Virus record (IMG/VR): IMGVR_UViG_3300044723_010613
Span: 1 to 59,227 of that record
Reading direction: 5' to 3' (one strand)
Length of the DNA stretch: 59,227 nt
From: a virus
Taxonomy: Duplodnaviria; Caudoviricetes
In this document: positions 38,941 to 48,350 of the stretch, one piece after another
How positions within the stretch are numbered: position 1 is the first letter of the stretch
Layout of the letters: the number at the start of each line of letters is the position of its first letter
Made by a program: the position numbers and the translations under genes
The notes under the pieces: model-generated
What the model saw: only the letters and a program-made list of their open reading frames with translations
Databases searched by the model: none
Told to the model about the DNA's origin: nothing

Positions 38941-39825
38941 GTGTTTTATACCGCGAACAATTCTAAACTACAGATTAATGGAAATGAAATTTTAGCTTCT
39001 AATGCTGAAATCTCTCTTCAGGCAAATCTGCAGCCTAATTACAATATAAAGCAGCGTCACACGGAAAGTTTTACAGCTACTAATGGTATAGGTGGTACTT
39101 TATCTTTTAATTATTATTTAACAGGCACAGATTATTTTAAATCTTTTATAACTGGTCAAGCCGAAGCTCCTTTTAAATCTAGTCAGGTTATTTCTGGTAA
39201 TTTTGGTGGATTAAATTTTGATAGTGGTTATTTAACATCATATTCTGTTAATTTCAGCCCTAACGCCCCTGCTGTAGCCAGTGCTTCATTATCTTTTTTC
39301 GATCAGCTAAATGGGAAATTTAACCCTACGACGGAGCAAGCACCTACCGATAAAGAGGTGCTTAATTTCAGAAACGCTATTGTCGCTCATTACATACCTA
39401 TAGAAAATACTACATTATCAGGATCAGTAGAGGATTTTGTTGCTGGAACTTATAATTATCAATCTGAAGTCCAACCAGTTTACTTAATGGGAGAGACAAA
39501 ACCAAGCTCCGTTAGCTTTGGCCCAAAAAATGTAAACATGAATTTTAAAACAGATAATCCTACTGGTTATTTACCAGTTTCAGGAAATTCTGCTAGGATT
39601 TCTGTAGATTTAAAAAATAATGCTGGAGACATAGTGGAAAACTTTACCTGCTCAGGTGTTATAAGGGGTAGAAATTTAGCTTCAGCAATTGGAGATTATA
39701 TAAAACAAACTATTAACGTTACTCAAGCTTCTGTTCAGGATACAAACGTGTTTGTGTCTGCAATTATTGACAGTTTTGGTGGGGAAGCTAATGTAGGTAT
39801 AGGAACCGAGGGAGGAAATATATAA
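38941..39825 (+). CDS. Tail-tube paralogue 3
   Basis: GYLTSYSVNF, YNYQSEVQPVYLMG; GTG start. Confidence 0.6.
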   Translation: MFYTANNSKLQINGNEILASNAEISLQANLQPNYNIKQRHTESFTATNGIGGTLSFNYYLTGTDYFKSFITGQAEAPFKSSQVISGNFGGLNFDSGYLTSYSVNFSPNAPAVASASLSFFDQLNGKFNPTTEQAPTDKEVLNFRNAIVAHYIPIENTTLSGSVEDFVAGTYNYQSEVQPVYLMGETKPSSVSFGPKNVNMNFKTDNPTGYLPVSGNSARISVDLKNNAGDIVENFTCSGVIRGRNLASAIGDYIKQTINVTQASVQDTNVFVSAIIDSFGGEANVGIGTEGGNI

Positions 39826-42800
39826 ATGCCAATATTTAACCCAAAAAAAAGTTTTGTCTTAAGTGGTCAGAATATCAACTTTACCCAAAGGGTATTTTTC
39901 GGAGAAGAAGAGGTAGAAGAGTTGTTTTATCTTGGAAATACTGGACTATCCGGTGAGGTTCCTGCTGCCGCCATAACTGATGACATTAATATTCAAATAA
40001 ATGAAGGGTTGTTGAGTTTAGGAGAACAAAACATTGTCTTAGACTCCTCTAGTCAAGTCTTAGTAAGCGGACTTACATCGGATTTTGTTAGCGGAGCTGC
40101 TGGAACTATACTACAACTGTCTGGGGAAAATTTTTACAGAATTACAGATGTTAATTTTGGAACAGGTATAGGTAAATCTTCTCAATTTAGCGTATTATCT
40201 GACAATATAATAGAAGTCGTTGTGCCTACTGGCGCTACTTATGATGACATAACGGTGTTTTCGTCTTTAAGGACTGGGGTAAATGGAAACATTTCATTAG
40301 CTAGCGGTAAAACTTATAATAAATTTGTCCCTATTCCCGTGGTCACAGGTATAAATTCAGGTCAATTAAAAGCTGGGGAAGATTTTATTGTTGGTGGTCA
40401 AGCTCTTTCGGGGGTTACTGGGGTAAGTGTAAATAATGTTATATTTAACAATTTTGAATCATTAGGAGCGACTGGGGTTAAAGCTGAAGTTCCCACTGGA
40501 GTTCAAGTAGGTGGACATGTTTTTACAATACCTAAAGGGCCTATCGATCTTTTGCTTGCCAGCGGAGTATCTCATCAACCCCCTAGTGGATTCTTTTTCA
40601 GACCTTTAGCAGAGGTAGTTAGTATATCGGCAGGTAACACTACCGGAACTACCATGACCATAAGTGGCAACAATTTTAACTCAGGTATGTTTTATACTGG
40701 GGAAGGTAATGGTGATTCTTGTTTAGTTGCGATTGGAGATCAGACTGGTAATTTTAAAATTACTACTGACGCAGGAGGTTATAATAGATTAAGTGGAATA
40801 GTTCCTACTGGTATCAAAATGGGTATTTCTGGTGGTAATGTCGCGGTAGGTGACGCAGAGATAACTAGACATTCAGTTTCATTATTTACCGATAATTACC
40901 CTGAGCAATACCCTTCCGAAGTTTTATTTAGGCCGGGCATAGGTAGTCCTACTGTTTCCAGTTTAAGTCCAAATTCAGGAGTAGGAGCAACATCTGTTAT
41001 AATAGAAGGTGATAACCTTTTTGGTATAACTGGGGTAAATTTCAGGGGCGGTAATGTGGGAGTCGGAACAGAATTCGCAGAAAATAGTATAGTGGGTGTA
41101 GTGCCGGGTAAAAGTATTATGGCTACTATTCCTGATACTAATAGTTTTGCTACAGGAGGAGGGTATTTGGATTTAGATGTATCCGGTTTCTTTGGTGGCG
41201 TTAGTATAGAATCTGGATTTTTTGTACATAGTATACCTAGAATACACACTATAATCCCCGGCGGAAGCGGTATAACCCCGGGTAGCACTGGAACCATATA
41301 TGGTGAAGGTTTTTATTCTGGAACGACTGTTAATTTGTACGGTGGAAATGGGGCTTTATCTAATCAAAATTTTCAAAGACAGTTAGCTATAAGTGGGTAT
41401 TCTGATAATTATGATGAAATAGTTTTTTATTATCCGAATATTTTTGAGACTGGTAATTTGTATGGAATACGTGTCGAGAATGATAGAGCAGGGACTTCTC
41501 TTTATCGTGTTACTGGGTTTAAATCTCCCACTCTAAGCGGGATAAGTCTTACTACAGGAGTGCAGGGAGAATCCGTTACCGTTTCAGGTTTTTTTGATGA
41601 GGTAGATCCTAGTGGCGTCAAAATAGGTGATAAAATTGTAGAAGATTTTGTTAGAACTGATACTACTGGCATAACATTTACGATCCCAAAGAAAACTAGC
41701 ACCAATTTAATTTCTATAAATACTAGCGGAGGATTTGTTTCAAGTACCGATCTTCTTAATATAATACCGGCTAAACCAGATTTAAGCGGATATTATCCAC
41801 AACAAACAGGTCAAAGACCAGACACTTTTGATTCATCTGCTCAGGTTTTTGCTATAAATAACACAATTACCCTAACTGGGGAATCTTTAAATTTAGTTAC
41901 AGGTATAAGTTTTACCGGTCTTGGAATGAACTCTCAAATAGGTATAAATAATTTTGTATCTAAATCACCTCAGGAACTTTCTTTTGTTTTGCCAACCGGA
42001 GTAAATGCTCAAAGCGGTAATTTTATTATAAAAGACTTTTTAAATAGAGAAACTGTAAGTCCATTTTCAATGAATCTAATACAATCTTCCGGTTTTAATA
42101 GTAATTTATTACCGGGTGAATTATTAGATCTTAGTGGTGAAAATGTTACAGGTATGAATTTAAGGTTCCCAGATTTAACTGGTGGTTTTAGGGAGCCTGA
42201 AGTAACTACAAATGCTGTTTCTGGTGGGTTAGGGGTACTGTCTGTAAGAATTCCTAGTGGGATAGTCAATGGAAGCGTTTTAATATCAGGTAATAGTAAC
42301 ACTAGTGCTGGCGAGCTTTTTGATTTTAATCCATTACCAGTTGTCACTGGGGTAACTGGATTTAACTCATCTTACCAATCTACAACGGGTAATTTGGTTT
42401 CAGTAACCGGTATTAACTTTAATTCTAATATTTATGGAAGTGGAGATAACTTTATATCAATTAGCGGGACAGGAAACAATTTGTCCCAACCGCAAGTCGA
42501 AGAATATGAGATAATTAATATATCGACTGGGTCAGGTATAGGAGTAGGTCCAGAACCCCTTTACTCTAAAATTGATTTTAGGTTAGACAATTCTTTTATC
42601 GGCACTGGGCAGTTTTTTATTGGTAATAATGACAATGCAGATTTTAGCGCAAAACAAATTTCATTTTTCCCGCAGCCTTATATTATTAATGGAACGAGAG
42701 TAAATGTGACTGGTTATGGTCCTTCTCGTGGCGTTACTGGGTCAAATGTAGAATTAACAGGAGAAGGTTTAAGAGCTGTAACGGGAGTTTTCTTTCAAAT

Positions 42801-43131
42801 ACCTAGTGGATCAAATCTAGAATCCGAATTTACTATAAACTCTCCTACTAAAATTACAGCTATTGTTCCCAAAGAAGGTATAGAATCAAGAGGTATGGCA
42901 AACATACTCTTGTCTGGGGGAACGAACCAAAATGTAGGTCAGTTTGAAATGATTCTAGATGCTAGCGTAGTAGAATTTAATATCGTAGAAGAAGATGACG
43001 TACCTACAAGCTCTACTAGAGTAGGGAACTTTACTCAAAAGGAAACTATTAATGGTACAGTATTTTTAGTTACTAGAACTAGATTTCCAGATGGAACAAC
43101 AGCTATTATTAGTAGTACTCCTCAAGCTTAA
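39826..43131 (+). CDS. IPT/TIG (Ig-like) repeat virion protein
   Basis: Repeated P.V....P..G..G..V.I.G.N....T.V.F..I...VP units; GGAGG SD. Confidence 0.75.
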   Translation: MPIFNPKKSFVLSGQNINFTQRVFFGEEEVEELFYLGNTGLSGEVPAAAITDDINIQINEGLLSLGEQNIVLDSSSQVLVSGLTSDFVSGAAGTILQLSGENFYRITDVNFGTGIGKSSQFSVLSDNIIEVVVPTGATYDDITVFSSLRTGVNGNISLASGKTYNKFVPIPVVTGINSGQLKAGEDFIVGGQALSGVTGVSVNNVIFNNFESLGATGVKAEVPTGVQVGGHVFTIPKGPIDLLLASGVSHQPPSGFFFRPLAEVVSISAGNTTGTTMTISGNNFNSGMFYTGEGNGDSCLVAIGDQTGNFKITTDAGGYNRLSGIVPTGIKMGISGGNVAVGDAEITRHSVSLFTDNYPEQYPSEVLFRPGIGSPTVSSLSPNSGVGATSVIIEGDNLFGITGVNFRGGNVGVGTEFAENSIVGVVPGKSIMATIPDTNSFATGGGYLDLDVSGFFGGVSIESGFFVHSIPRIHTIIPGGSGITPGSTGTIYGEGFYSGTTVNLYGGNGALSNQNFQRQLAISGYSDNYDEIVFYYPNIFETGNLYGIRVENDRAGTSLYRVTGFKSPTLSGISLTTGVQGESVTVSGFFDEVDPSGVKIGDKIVEDFVRTDTTGITFTIPKKTSTNLISINTSGGFVSSTDLLNIIPAKPDLSGYYPQQTGQRPDTFDSSAQVFAINNTITLTGESLNLVTGISFTGLGMNSQIGINNFVSKSPQELSFVLPTGVNAQSGNFIIKDFLNRETVSPFSMNLIQSSGFNSNLLPGELLDLSGENVTGMNLRFPDLTGGFREPEVTTNAVSGGLGVLSVRIPSGIVNGSVLISGNSNTSAGELFDFNPLPVVTGVTGFNSSYQSTTGNLVSVTGINFNSNIYGSGDNFISISGTGNNLSQPQVEEYEIINISTGSGIGVGPEPLYSKIDFRLDNSFIGTGQFFIGNNDNADFSAKQISFFPQPYIINGTRVNVTGYGPSRGVTGSNVELTGEGLRAVTGVFFQIPSGSNLESEFTINSPTKITAIVPKEGIESRGMANILLSGGTNQNVGQFEMILDASVVEFNIVEEDDVPTSSTRVGNFTQKETINGTVFLVTRTRFPDGTTAIISSTPQA

Positions 43132-43826
43132 ACATCTTTATCAAGTACCCCATATTTTAAAAGTAAAAAAATAATAAAAATTAAAACGGGCGCTATAACG
43201 AATACGTTTAATGGGTTAACGCTTATAAGTAGTGTCAATTTAAGAAGAGTGAAAATAACAACTATTGGTAATAAGATTTTAATTATTACAAATCGAAAGG
43301 GGCTTATTTTTTTCAGCCGTACCTTTTCATTTTTTTCATCTATAGACGTATAGTACTGAGCCCAACTACATAGCATCAGAAATAAATTTTCCAAATTTTT
43401 AAAAATTTTAAATTTAAAAGAGCTCTCGAATGCTTTTACTTTCTTAAGTCTTTTTTGGAATTTCTCTTTAGCTTCTTGTCTTTCCTTAAGTGTTGACTCT
43501 AAAGTAAATTTAACCAACTCTTTAGTATCAAGAACACCATTAATAAAAAAGAATTTAAACTCTACCCAATAAGAGTTTCCGTCTTTATCTTCAAAAGAAT
43601 TATAAAAAATAATATCTCCAGTATGTTCGTGCCTAACCCATTTAGTTTTACCTTTAAGTAGACCGCTTTTTAAAAAAAGTTTTTGTTTGTAGATCTTGTA
43701 TTGAAAAAGTGTGTTATCAAGACATTTAGTTTGATAACTATTTCCTTCAATTACCTTTTCTTGTTTTTTTGTCAATAAGCTCCTCAAATAAGACTTAGGG
43801 ACATGTATATCGTCAAACATTCCCAT
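43128..43826 (-). CDS. Hypothetical protein with C-terminal TM helices
   Basis: MGMFD..YQTKCLD N-terminus; two hydrophobic C-terminal segments. Confidence 0.6.
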   Translation of the reverse strand: MGMFDDIHVPKSYLRSLLTKKQEKVIEGNSYQTKCLDNTLFQYKIYKQKLFLKSGLLKGKTKWVRHEHTGDIIFYNSFEDKDGNSYWVEFKFFFINGVLDTKELVKFTLESTLKERQEAKEKFQKRLKKVKAFESSFKFKIFKNLENLFLMLCSWAQYYTSIDEKNEKVRLKKISPFRFVIIKILLPIVVIFTLLKLTLLISVNPLNVFVIAPVLIFIIFLLLKYGVLDKDV

Positions 43827-43828
43827 AA

Positions 43829-44059
43829 CTAGTCTAATGATGCTCCTGCTGTAGCTACAGCCATTTTAGATTCTAGAACCCGAACTCTTTCGTTAGCTTC
43901 TACGGCTCTGTTTGCAGCTTGTTGGGCCATTTGATCAATTTCTTGAGCTTCCTGCCTTACTTCTTCAGAAGCTCTTCTTGCGTCTTCTGCGGCGTCTTGT
44001 GTTGCTGCTGCACATCTGCGAGCAGAATCTAACATTAGTTTTAAGTAACTGCTTGACAT
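43829..44059 (-). CDS. Small alanine-zipper coiled-coil protein
   Basis: AAEDARRA..AQQAANRAVEANERV heptads. Confidence 0.6.
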   Translation of the reverse strand: MSSSYLKLMLDSARRCAAATQDAAEDARRASEEVRQEAQEIDQMAQQAANRAVEANERVRVLESKMAVATAGASLD

Positions 44060-44071
44060 ATTAATATTATA

Positions 44072-44548
44072 TTAATTTGGAATCATTTTTACAATTTTAT
44101 CATTAATTCTAGCTATCCCTTCAGGGGTGTCACCGTTTTTTATAGTAAGTTTTACTTTGGCTAGAGTTTTCTTAGGGTCTTTTCTTCCTATCATAGCAAT
44201 CATTCTTCTTTTCTGATGATTGTCAGAATTTTCGAATTGACCTAAGTCAACATCAAATTCCATTTCAAGGTTTTCTATTTTAAGATGATTATGTCCCGCA
44301 AGAGACATGAGAGGGACTTCTACTTCTTGATCTCCTTCTGTCGTAGGGAGAAGTATTTTTTTAGTAATAGGTCTACCATCACTATCAAAATATGTCCCTA
44401 TAACCCGTTTTAAATGTTCAGTTTCTACATATCTCTGAGCATAAACAACGGAATTATAGAGACATTGTATAAGATGATCAAACGTTTTTAACGCTGGAGC
44501 ACCTCTAAATGATCCGGATCTAGAATAAGGTAATTTATCGTCAGGCAT
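44072..44548 (-). CDS. DUF2589-family protein (short paralogue)
   Basis: LI......V..AQ, VEVPLMSL....L.IE....EFDV, PEGIARI. Confidence 0.7.
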   Translation of the reverse strand: MPDDKLPYSRSGSFRGAPALKTFDHLIQCLYNSVVYAQRYVETEHLKRVIGTYFDSDGRPITKKILLPTTEGDQEVEVPLMSLAGHNHLKIENLEMEFDVDLGQFENSDNHQKRRMIAMIGRKDPKKTLAKVKLTIKNGDTPEGIARINDKIVKMIPN

Positions 44549-45171
44549 TACGTATTAGAAGTGCCACCAGAAGAGGATCCTCCTCCACCTCCAGCACTTA
44601 CTGGTACAGGTTGTATCGCTGCACCTAATATGTCAAGTACTTTCATTAAACCTTCGGGGGCTCCGTCATCACGAGCTTCTACATGAACTGTGTACTTTGC
44701 TGAGTTATCAGTCTTACGAATATTTTCGCTTTTAGTAGAAACCGAAGCGTTTAGATTTACTTTTACTGGAGACCACCAGTTATCGTACTTAACACCAAGG
44801 TCAGTTTTTGTATTAACAGAACTGGTATCCTGAGTACTAGATTTAACTTCCATGTCAAAATCAACGGTAGCTTTTTTTACCCCTAGATTAGGTGTCTGAA
44901 TAACTGAAAGAAGCGGGACCCTAAGTTTACGATGTTCAATACTTGTAGTTATAGATCCGTTAGCATCTTTTGATTGAACTGGTGCGTCATAATCAAATTC
45001 TACTGTTCTTGCTTTAAGTTTTCCATTACCATCATCTTCGAGTCCGATGTCTTTAATGAATTGTTCAGTTGTATGAGCCAATTGTCCTTGAGCTTTTGCA
45101 GCTCCAAGAAGTGGTTCGGCGATTAATGTCCCGATTGGGAGACCTTTAAATTGATCTGCTGTGCTAGCCAT
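44548..45171 (-). CDS. DUF2589-family protein
   Basis: QFKGLPIGTLIAEPL..AAKAQ, VPLLSV..PNL.V....VDFDMEV, TDNSAKY.VHVEA....PEGL.KVLD. Confidence 0.8.
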   Translation of the reverse strand: MASTADQFKGLPIGTLIAEPLLGAAKAQGQLAHTTEQFIKDIGLEDDGNGKLKARTVEFDYDAPVQSKDANGSITTSIEHRKLRVPLLSVIQTPNLGVKKATVDFDMEVKSSTQDTSSVNTKTDLGVKYDNWWSPVKVNLNASVSTKSENIRKTDNSAKYTVHVEARDDGAPEGLMKVLDILGAAIQPVPVSAGGGGGSSSGGTSNT

Positions 45172-45181
45172 ATATTAAGTG

Positions 45182-45187
45182 TTACAC
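45182..45187 (-). promoter_or_regulatory. Putative late-promoter motif GTGTAA
   Basis: Minus strand aatagagtgtaacactt, 16 nt before the DUF2589 ATG. Confidence 0.55.
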
Positions 45188-45191
45188 TCTA

Positions 45192-45386
45192 TTAATGACC
45201 AGAAATAAATTTTTGAAAAATTTCTTCTAAATCTTCCAAAAACTCTTCAACCATCATTACTTTAGTTGCGTCAATCTCGTCCATTACAATCTTATTTTTA
45301 AGTATATTTTCGTACTTTTTTCTTATCTCGGAAATAATCTTATGAGTTTGAGTTGGTTTTCCGCGTTCAAATTCAGATATATTCAT
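45192..45386 (-). CDS. Hypothetical protein
   Basis: 64-aa ORF in operon context. Confidence 0.55.
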   Translation of the reverse strand: MNISEFERGKPTQTHKIISEIRKKYENILKNKIVMDEIDATKVMMVEEFLEDLEEIFQKFISGH

Positions 45387-45397
45387 AATACTCGATG

Positions 45398-46159
45398 TTA
45401 TTTAACATAATAATATGATTGAGCTTTTAAGTTTCCTAGGTAAGTGTTAAAACCTCGATGGCCTAAGTTTATATCAGATACAACTTTAATACTTCCTCCA
45501 AGAGATTTCCAAAGTCTACAAAATCCATAGTCTTCACTTTCGTATTTTTTGGTCTCTTCGTTTACTTTACACTGAAAGATATCATAAAAGTTATCTCCTG
45601 CATCCATATAACCATCAATATCGTTTTTATAACATAGCTCTGGTTTTTCTTTTATGATTTTTTCTATACACTCTCGTTTTATCAACATGAATCCAGTAGC
45701 GGCATAATTTGCTTCTACTGCATCTTGATGTTTTGCCTTTTCGAGTTCTTCATAATTGATTTCAGTAGAAAAATCTGTGGCTAAATGCATCCACCCCTGA
45801 GGAAACTTACCAGTACTAGCCATAGCTTCCATTTTTTTTACATTAAAATATTTTTTAGGGTAAACCCCTACAGCTACATCGGTATCTTGATCTATCAACT
45901 TAACGACATCCTGTGCTAAAAACTGTATATCGGTATCTATAAACAGTAAATGAGTATAATCTTTATTTAACATGAATGCTACTGCAGCGTTTCTTCCTCG
46001 GCTAATTAGACTTTCGAACCATATTGATCTTAAACCTACTTTTATATTTTCTTTTCTAAACTCCGAAAGTAAATCAATCATACTCATCATATAATCAGAG
46101 TGCACCATTCCTGTATAACCTATAACAGGGCAAAATATTTTTATGTCTTTTCTATCCAT
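45398..46159 (-). CDS. GT-A (GT2-like) phage glycosyltransferase
   Basis: ESLISRGRN, LLFIDTDI, ATGFMLIKR, SEDYGFC, LGHRG; paralogue of 3315..3968. Confidence 0.8.
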   Translation of the reverse strand: MDRKDIKIFCPVIGYTGMVHSDYMMSMIDLLSEFRKENIKVGLRSIWFESLISRGRNAAVAFMLNKDYTHLLFIDTDIQFLAQDVVKLIDQDTDVAVGVYPKKYFNVKKMEAMASTGKFPQGWMHLATDFSTEINYEELEKAKHQDAVEANYAATGFMLIKRECIEKIIKEKPELCYKNDIDGYMDAGDNFYDIFQCKVNEETKKYESEDYGFCRLWKSLGGSIKVVSDINLGHRGFNTYLGNLKAQSYYYVK

Positions 46160-46162
46160 AAT

Positions 46163-48097
46163 TTACCTTATAGGACAAGCTCCACCTTCACACTCGAGAT
46201 CTTGCAAAACATTACCTTTACTAATTTGCAAAGAGTTTATTCCTTTTACTTTAGATGAAATTTTATTATAGGTGTTCTCATCTATTTCTTCATAAGGAGC
46301 TTGATCGAAACCATGGTCATTGTGAAGCAAAAATGAGACACTTTTAATATTATTTTTATAATGTTTTCCAAGCCAGTCTTTTATTTCTCCGAGTTCTTCT
46401 TTTTTGTAGTATACAGTGCAAGACACGGCATTGTCGGACCAATCTGATTGGATTTTTTTGATCAAATCTAGCTGATCTACAGCTTTCATGTCTTTTGCTA
46501 ACTTAGCATTTTTTCCCGATTCGCAAGGGAACTCTACAATAACAGTATCTCTATTAAGGGTTCCGTCAAAGTTTTTAACAAATTCTACATGGTAACCCAT
46601 ACTTTTACATGTTTCTACTAGAGCGTCTTGGCTAGACATTCTAACTCGACGGATATAGTACTGAGAGTAAGCTGGGTGAATCCCCGGTGTAGATCCTGCA
46701 AGCAAGCTTAAAGTGCCACTAGGTTTTACAGTGGTGAGTTTAATACTTTCAGGCCATCCTCGTTTTTTACTCCACTCTTTATCGTATTTTTTTAGAGCTT
46801 CGTAACAGTCACTAAGCCATTCTATTTTATTGTCATCAAGTCCTTGGCAAATACCTGTGACCCCTTGTCCAATACGGAAATTTTTATGAACAATTTTATT
46901 AGTGTCTTCATGGATAAAAGGAAGAGCACAAATAGCTTTTTGAGTCTTGTAAAGTAACGTAGAGCATTCAATCAACTCTTCTTTTGAGGAGATATTATTT
47001 AAATAGAGTTCTGATAAATTACAGCACTCTTTATCAGCTAGGGAAATTTCTCCGCAAGGATTAGTTCCTTCGCAATTCTCTTTAGCTTTTTCTCCGGTTC
47101 TACCAAATTTAGAGCTTAAACGCAGATTAAAAAATCCATATGGTTCTCCATTCCCAGCATATCCATCCCATACTCCTTCTGCTATGTGGTCATAACTGTC
47201 GCAGTAGATAGTGTTATTGCTCATAGCTCTCCAATTAGGAATATTTCCTAAATCCCAGCGTTTAGCTTTAATATAAAGGTAATCATCGGGGTCGCCCAAA
47301 GCAATTTCTGCGGAACGTCGAACATTTCCTGCTACGACAACTGAACCAATAATGTTTGCAATATCTAGGACATCAAGACTTCGGAGCTTCTTACCTTCTC
47401 TTTTCTTTATTACTCCCGTGATTTTTTCAAGACCTTCTACTAAGATCTCAGGACCACTTGCTGTGCCTCCAAATCCTCCTATTGGTTTTCCTGCGCTGCG
47501 AACAAGTACTGTAGAATAGCTAAATGATTTACCCGTTACGAAATAAGCTTCGAGGACTTTACTTAAAAGTCTAACCCATCCCTCGCGGCTATCGGGAACA
47601 ATAAAATCTGCATCATTTGTATTTTTTACAGTAATACTGACATCTTTTTTAATTCTGGGGATTTCATGCACATCTTCCCTTCTGATAGAATATCCCACGC
47701 CTCCTCCGAGCATTAAATTTTCAAAAATGAAACAAAAATCTTCTGGCTTCCTTATCGCAGTAAACCAACAATTAAGTAAACTGTTTCCTCCGAATCTGTC
47801 TACAGTTGAAGTACCTAACTGCCACAAACCTCTTCCTGCAAAATTACATTTTAAGTTAAATACTAAATCAAATAACTTTTCTGCTTCTTTTTTTGTATAT
47901 CCTGCTCCTATTTTTTGAGCCCCGTTAATACATCGAGCTATTGTTTCTGGCCATTCTTCAAGTTGTCCGTTTTCTTTGATTCTGGCATATGTTCTCTTGT
48001 AGACTATATAACCAAGACCGTTAAAGCCCCAGTTGGGCTGTTTGTTCAAATATTTGTTTAAAAAATCGTCAGATATTATGTTTTTAATTTCGCTCAT
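46163..48097 (-). CDS. nrdJ: Class II adenosylcobalamin-dependent ribonucleotide reductase (monomeric RTPR-like)
   Basis: AGRGLW..LLNCWF, GNVRRSA, GTNPCGEI..CNL, TTVKPSGT, C-term CEGGACP; no beta subunit nearby. Confidence 0.9.
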   Translation of the reverse strand: MSEIKNIISDDFLNKYLNKQPNWGFNGLGYIVYKRTYARIKENGQLEEWPETIARCINGAQKIGAGYTKKEAEKLFDLVFNLKCNFAGRGLWQLGTSTVDRFGGNSLLNCWFTAIRKPEDFCFIFENLMLGGGVGYSIRREDVHEIPRIKKDVSITVKNTNDADFIVPDSREGWVRLLSKVLEAYFVTGKSFSYSTVLVRSAGKPIGGFGGTASGPEILVEGLEKITGVIKKREGKKLRSLDVLDIANIIGSVVVAGNVRRSAEIALGDPDDYLYIKAKRWDLGNIPNWRAMSNNTIYCDSYDHIAEGVWDGYAGNGEPYGFFNLRLSSKFGRTGEKAKENCEGTNPCGEISLADKECCNLSELYLNNISSKEELIECSTLLYKTQKAICALPFIHEDTNKIVHKNFRIGQGVTGICQGLDDNKIEWLSDCYEALKKYDKEWSKKRGWPESIKLTTVKPSGTLSLLAGSTPGIHPAYSQYYIRRVRMSSQDALVETCKSMGYHVEFVKNFDGTLNRDTVIVEFPCESGKNAKLAKDMKAVDQLDLIKKIQSDWSDNAVSCTVYYKKEELGEIKDWLGKHYKNNIKSVSFLLHNDHGFDQAPYEEIDENTYNKISSKVKGINSLQISKGNVLQDLECEGGACPIR

Positions 48098-48152
48098 TGT
48101 TTTAAAAAGTGGGTTTACAAACCTTAAGTAGGTTATTATAATACGTGCTTAA

Positions 48153-48181
48153 ATATTGATAATGCGGGGGTGCAAAGTCAA
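48153..48181 (-). promoter_or_regulatory. sigma70-type promoter for nrdJ
   Basis: TTGACT-N17-CAATAT with upstream A-tract. Confidence 0.55.
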
Positions 48182-48182
48182 A

Positions 48183-48350
48183 TTATTTTTCGACTATTTT
48201 AAGTTTTTCTTTAACTTTTTCTTCCATTTTAGTTAAATAAACTTCGGCTTTTTTTAAACCTTCTTCAGTGTGGGGGAAAGCTCCATAAGACCAGTTCCTT
48301 TGAGTAGATTCGACCAAGTAATACTTTTTATTTCTTTTGTTTTTTGGCAT
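48183..48350 (-). CDS. Small hypothetical protein (55 aa, absent from the ORF track)
   Basis: MPKNKRNKKYYLVESTQRNWSYGAFPHTEEGLKKAEVYL...; fills the operon gap. Confidence 0.6.
   Translation of the reverse strand: MPKNKRNKKYYLVESTQRNWSYGAFPHTEEGLKKAEVYLTKMEEKVKEKLKIVEK

Noticed and set aside
37157-45171. Contractile injection system, T6SS or tailocin
   Set aside because: No sheath, baseplate wedge or VgrG/PAAR; capsid and siphophage tail-tip genes are present
46163-48097. Intein or intron in nrdJ
   Set aside because: 644 aa with contiguous motifs, no splicing or homing-endonuclease signature
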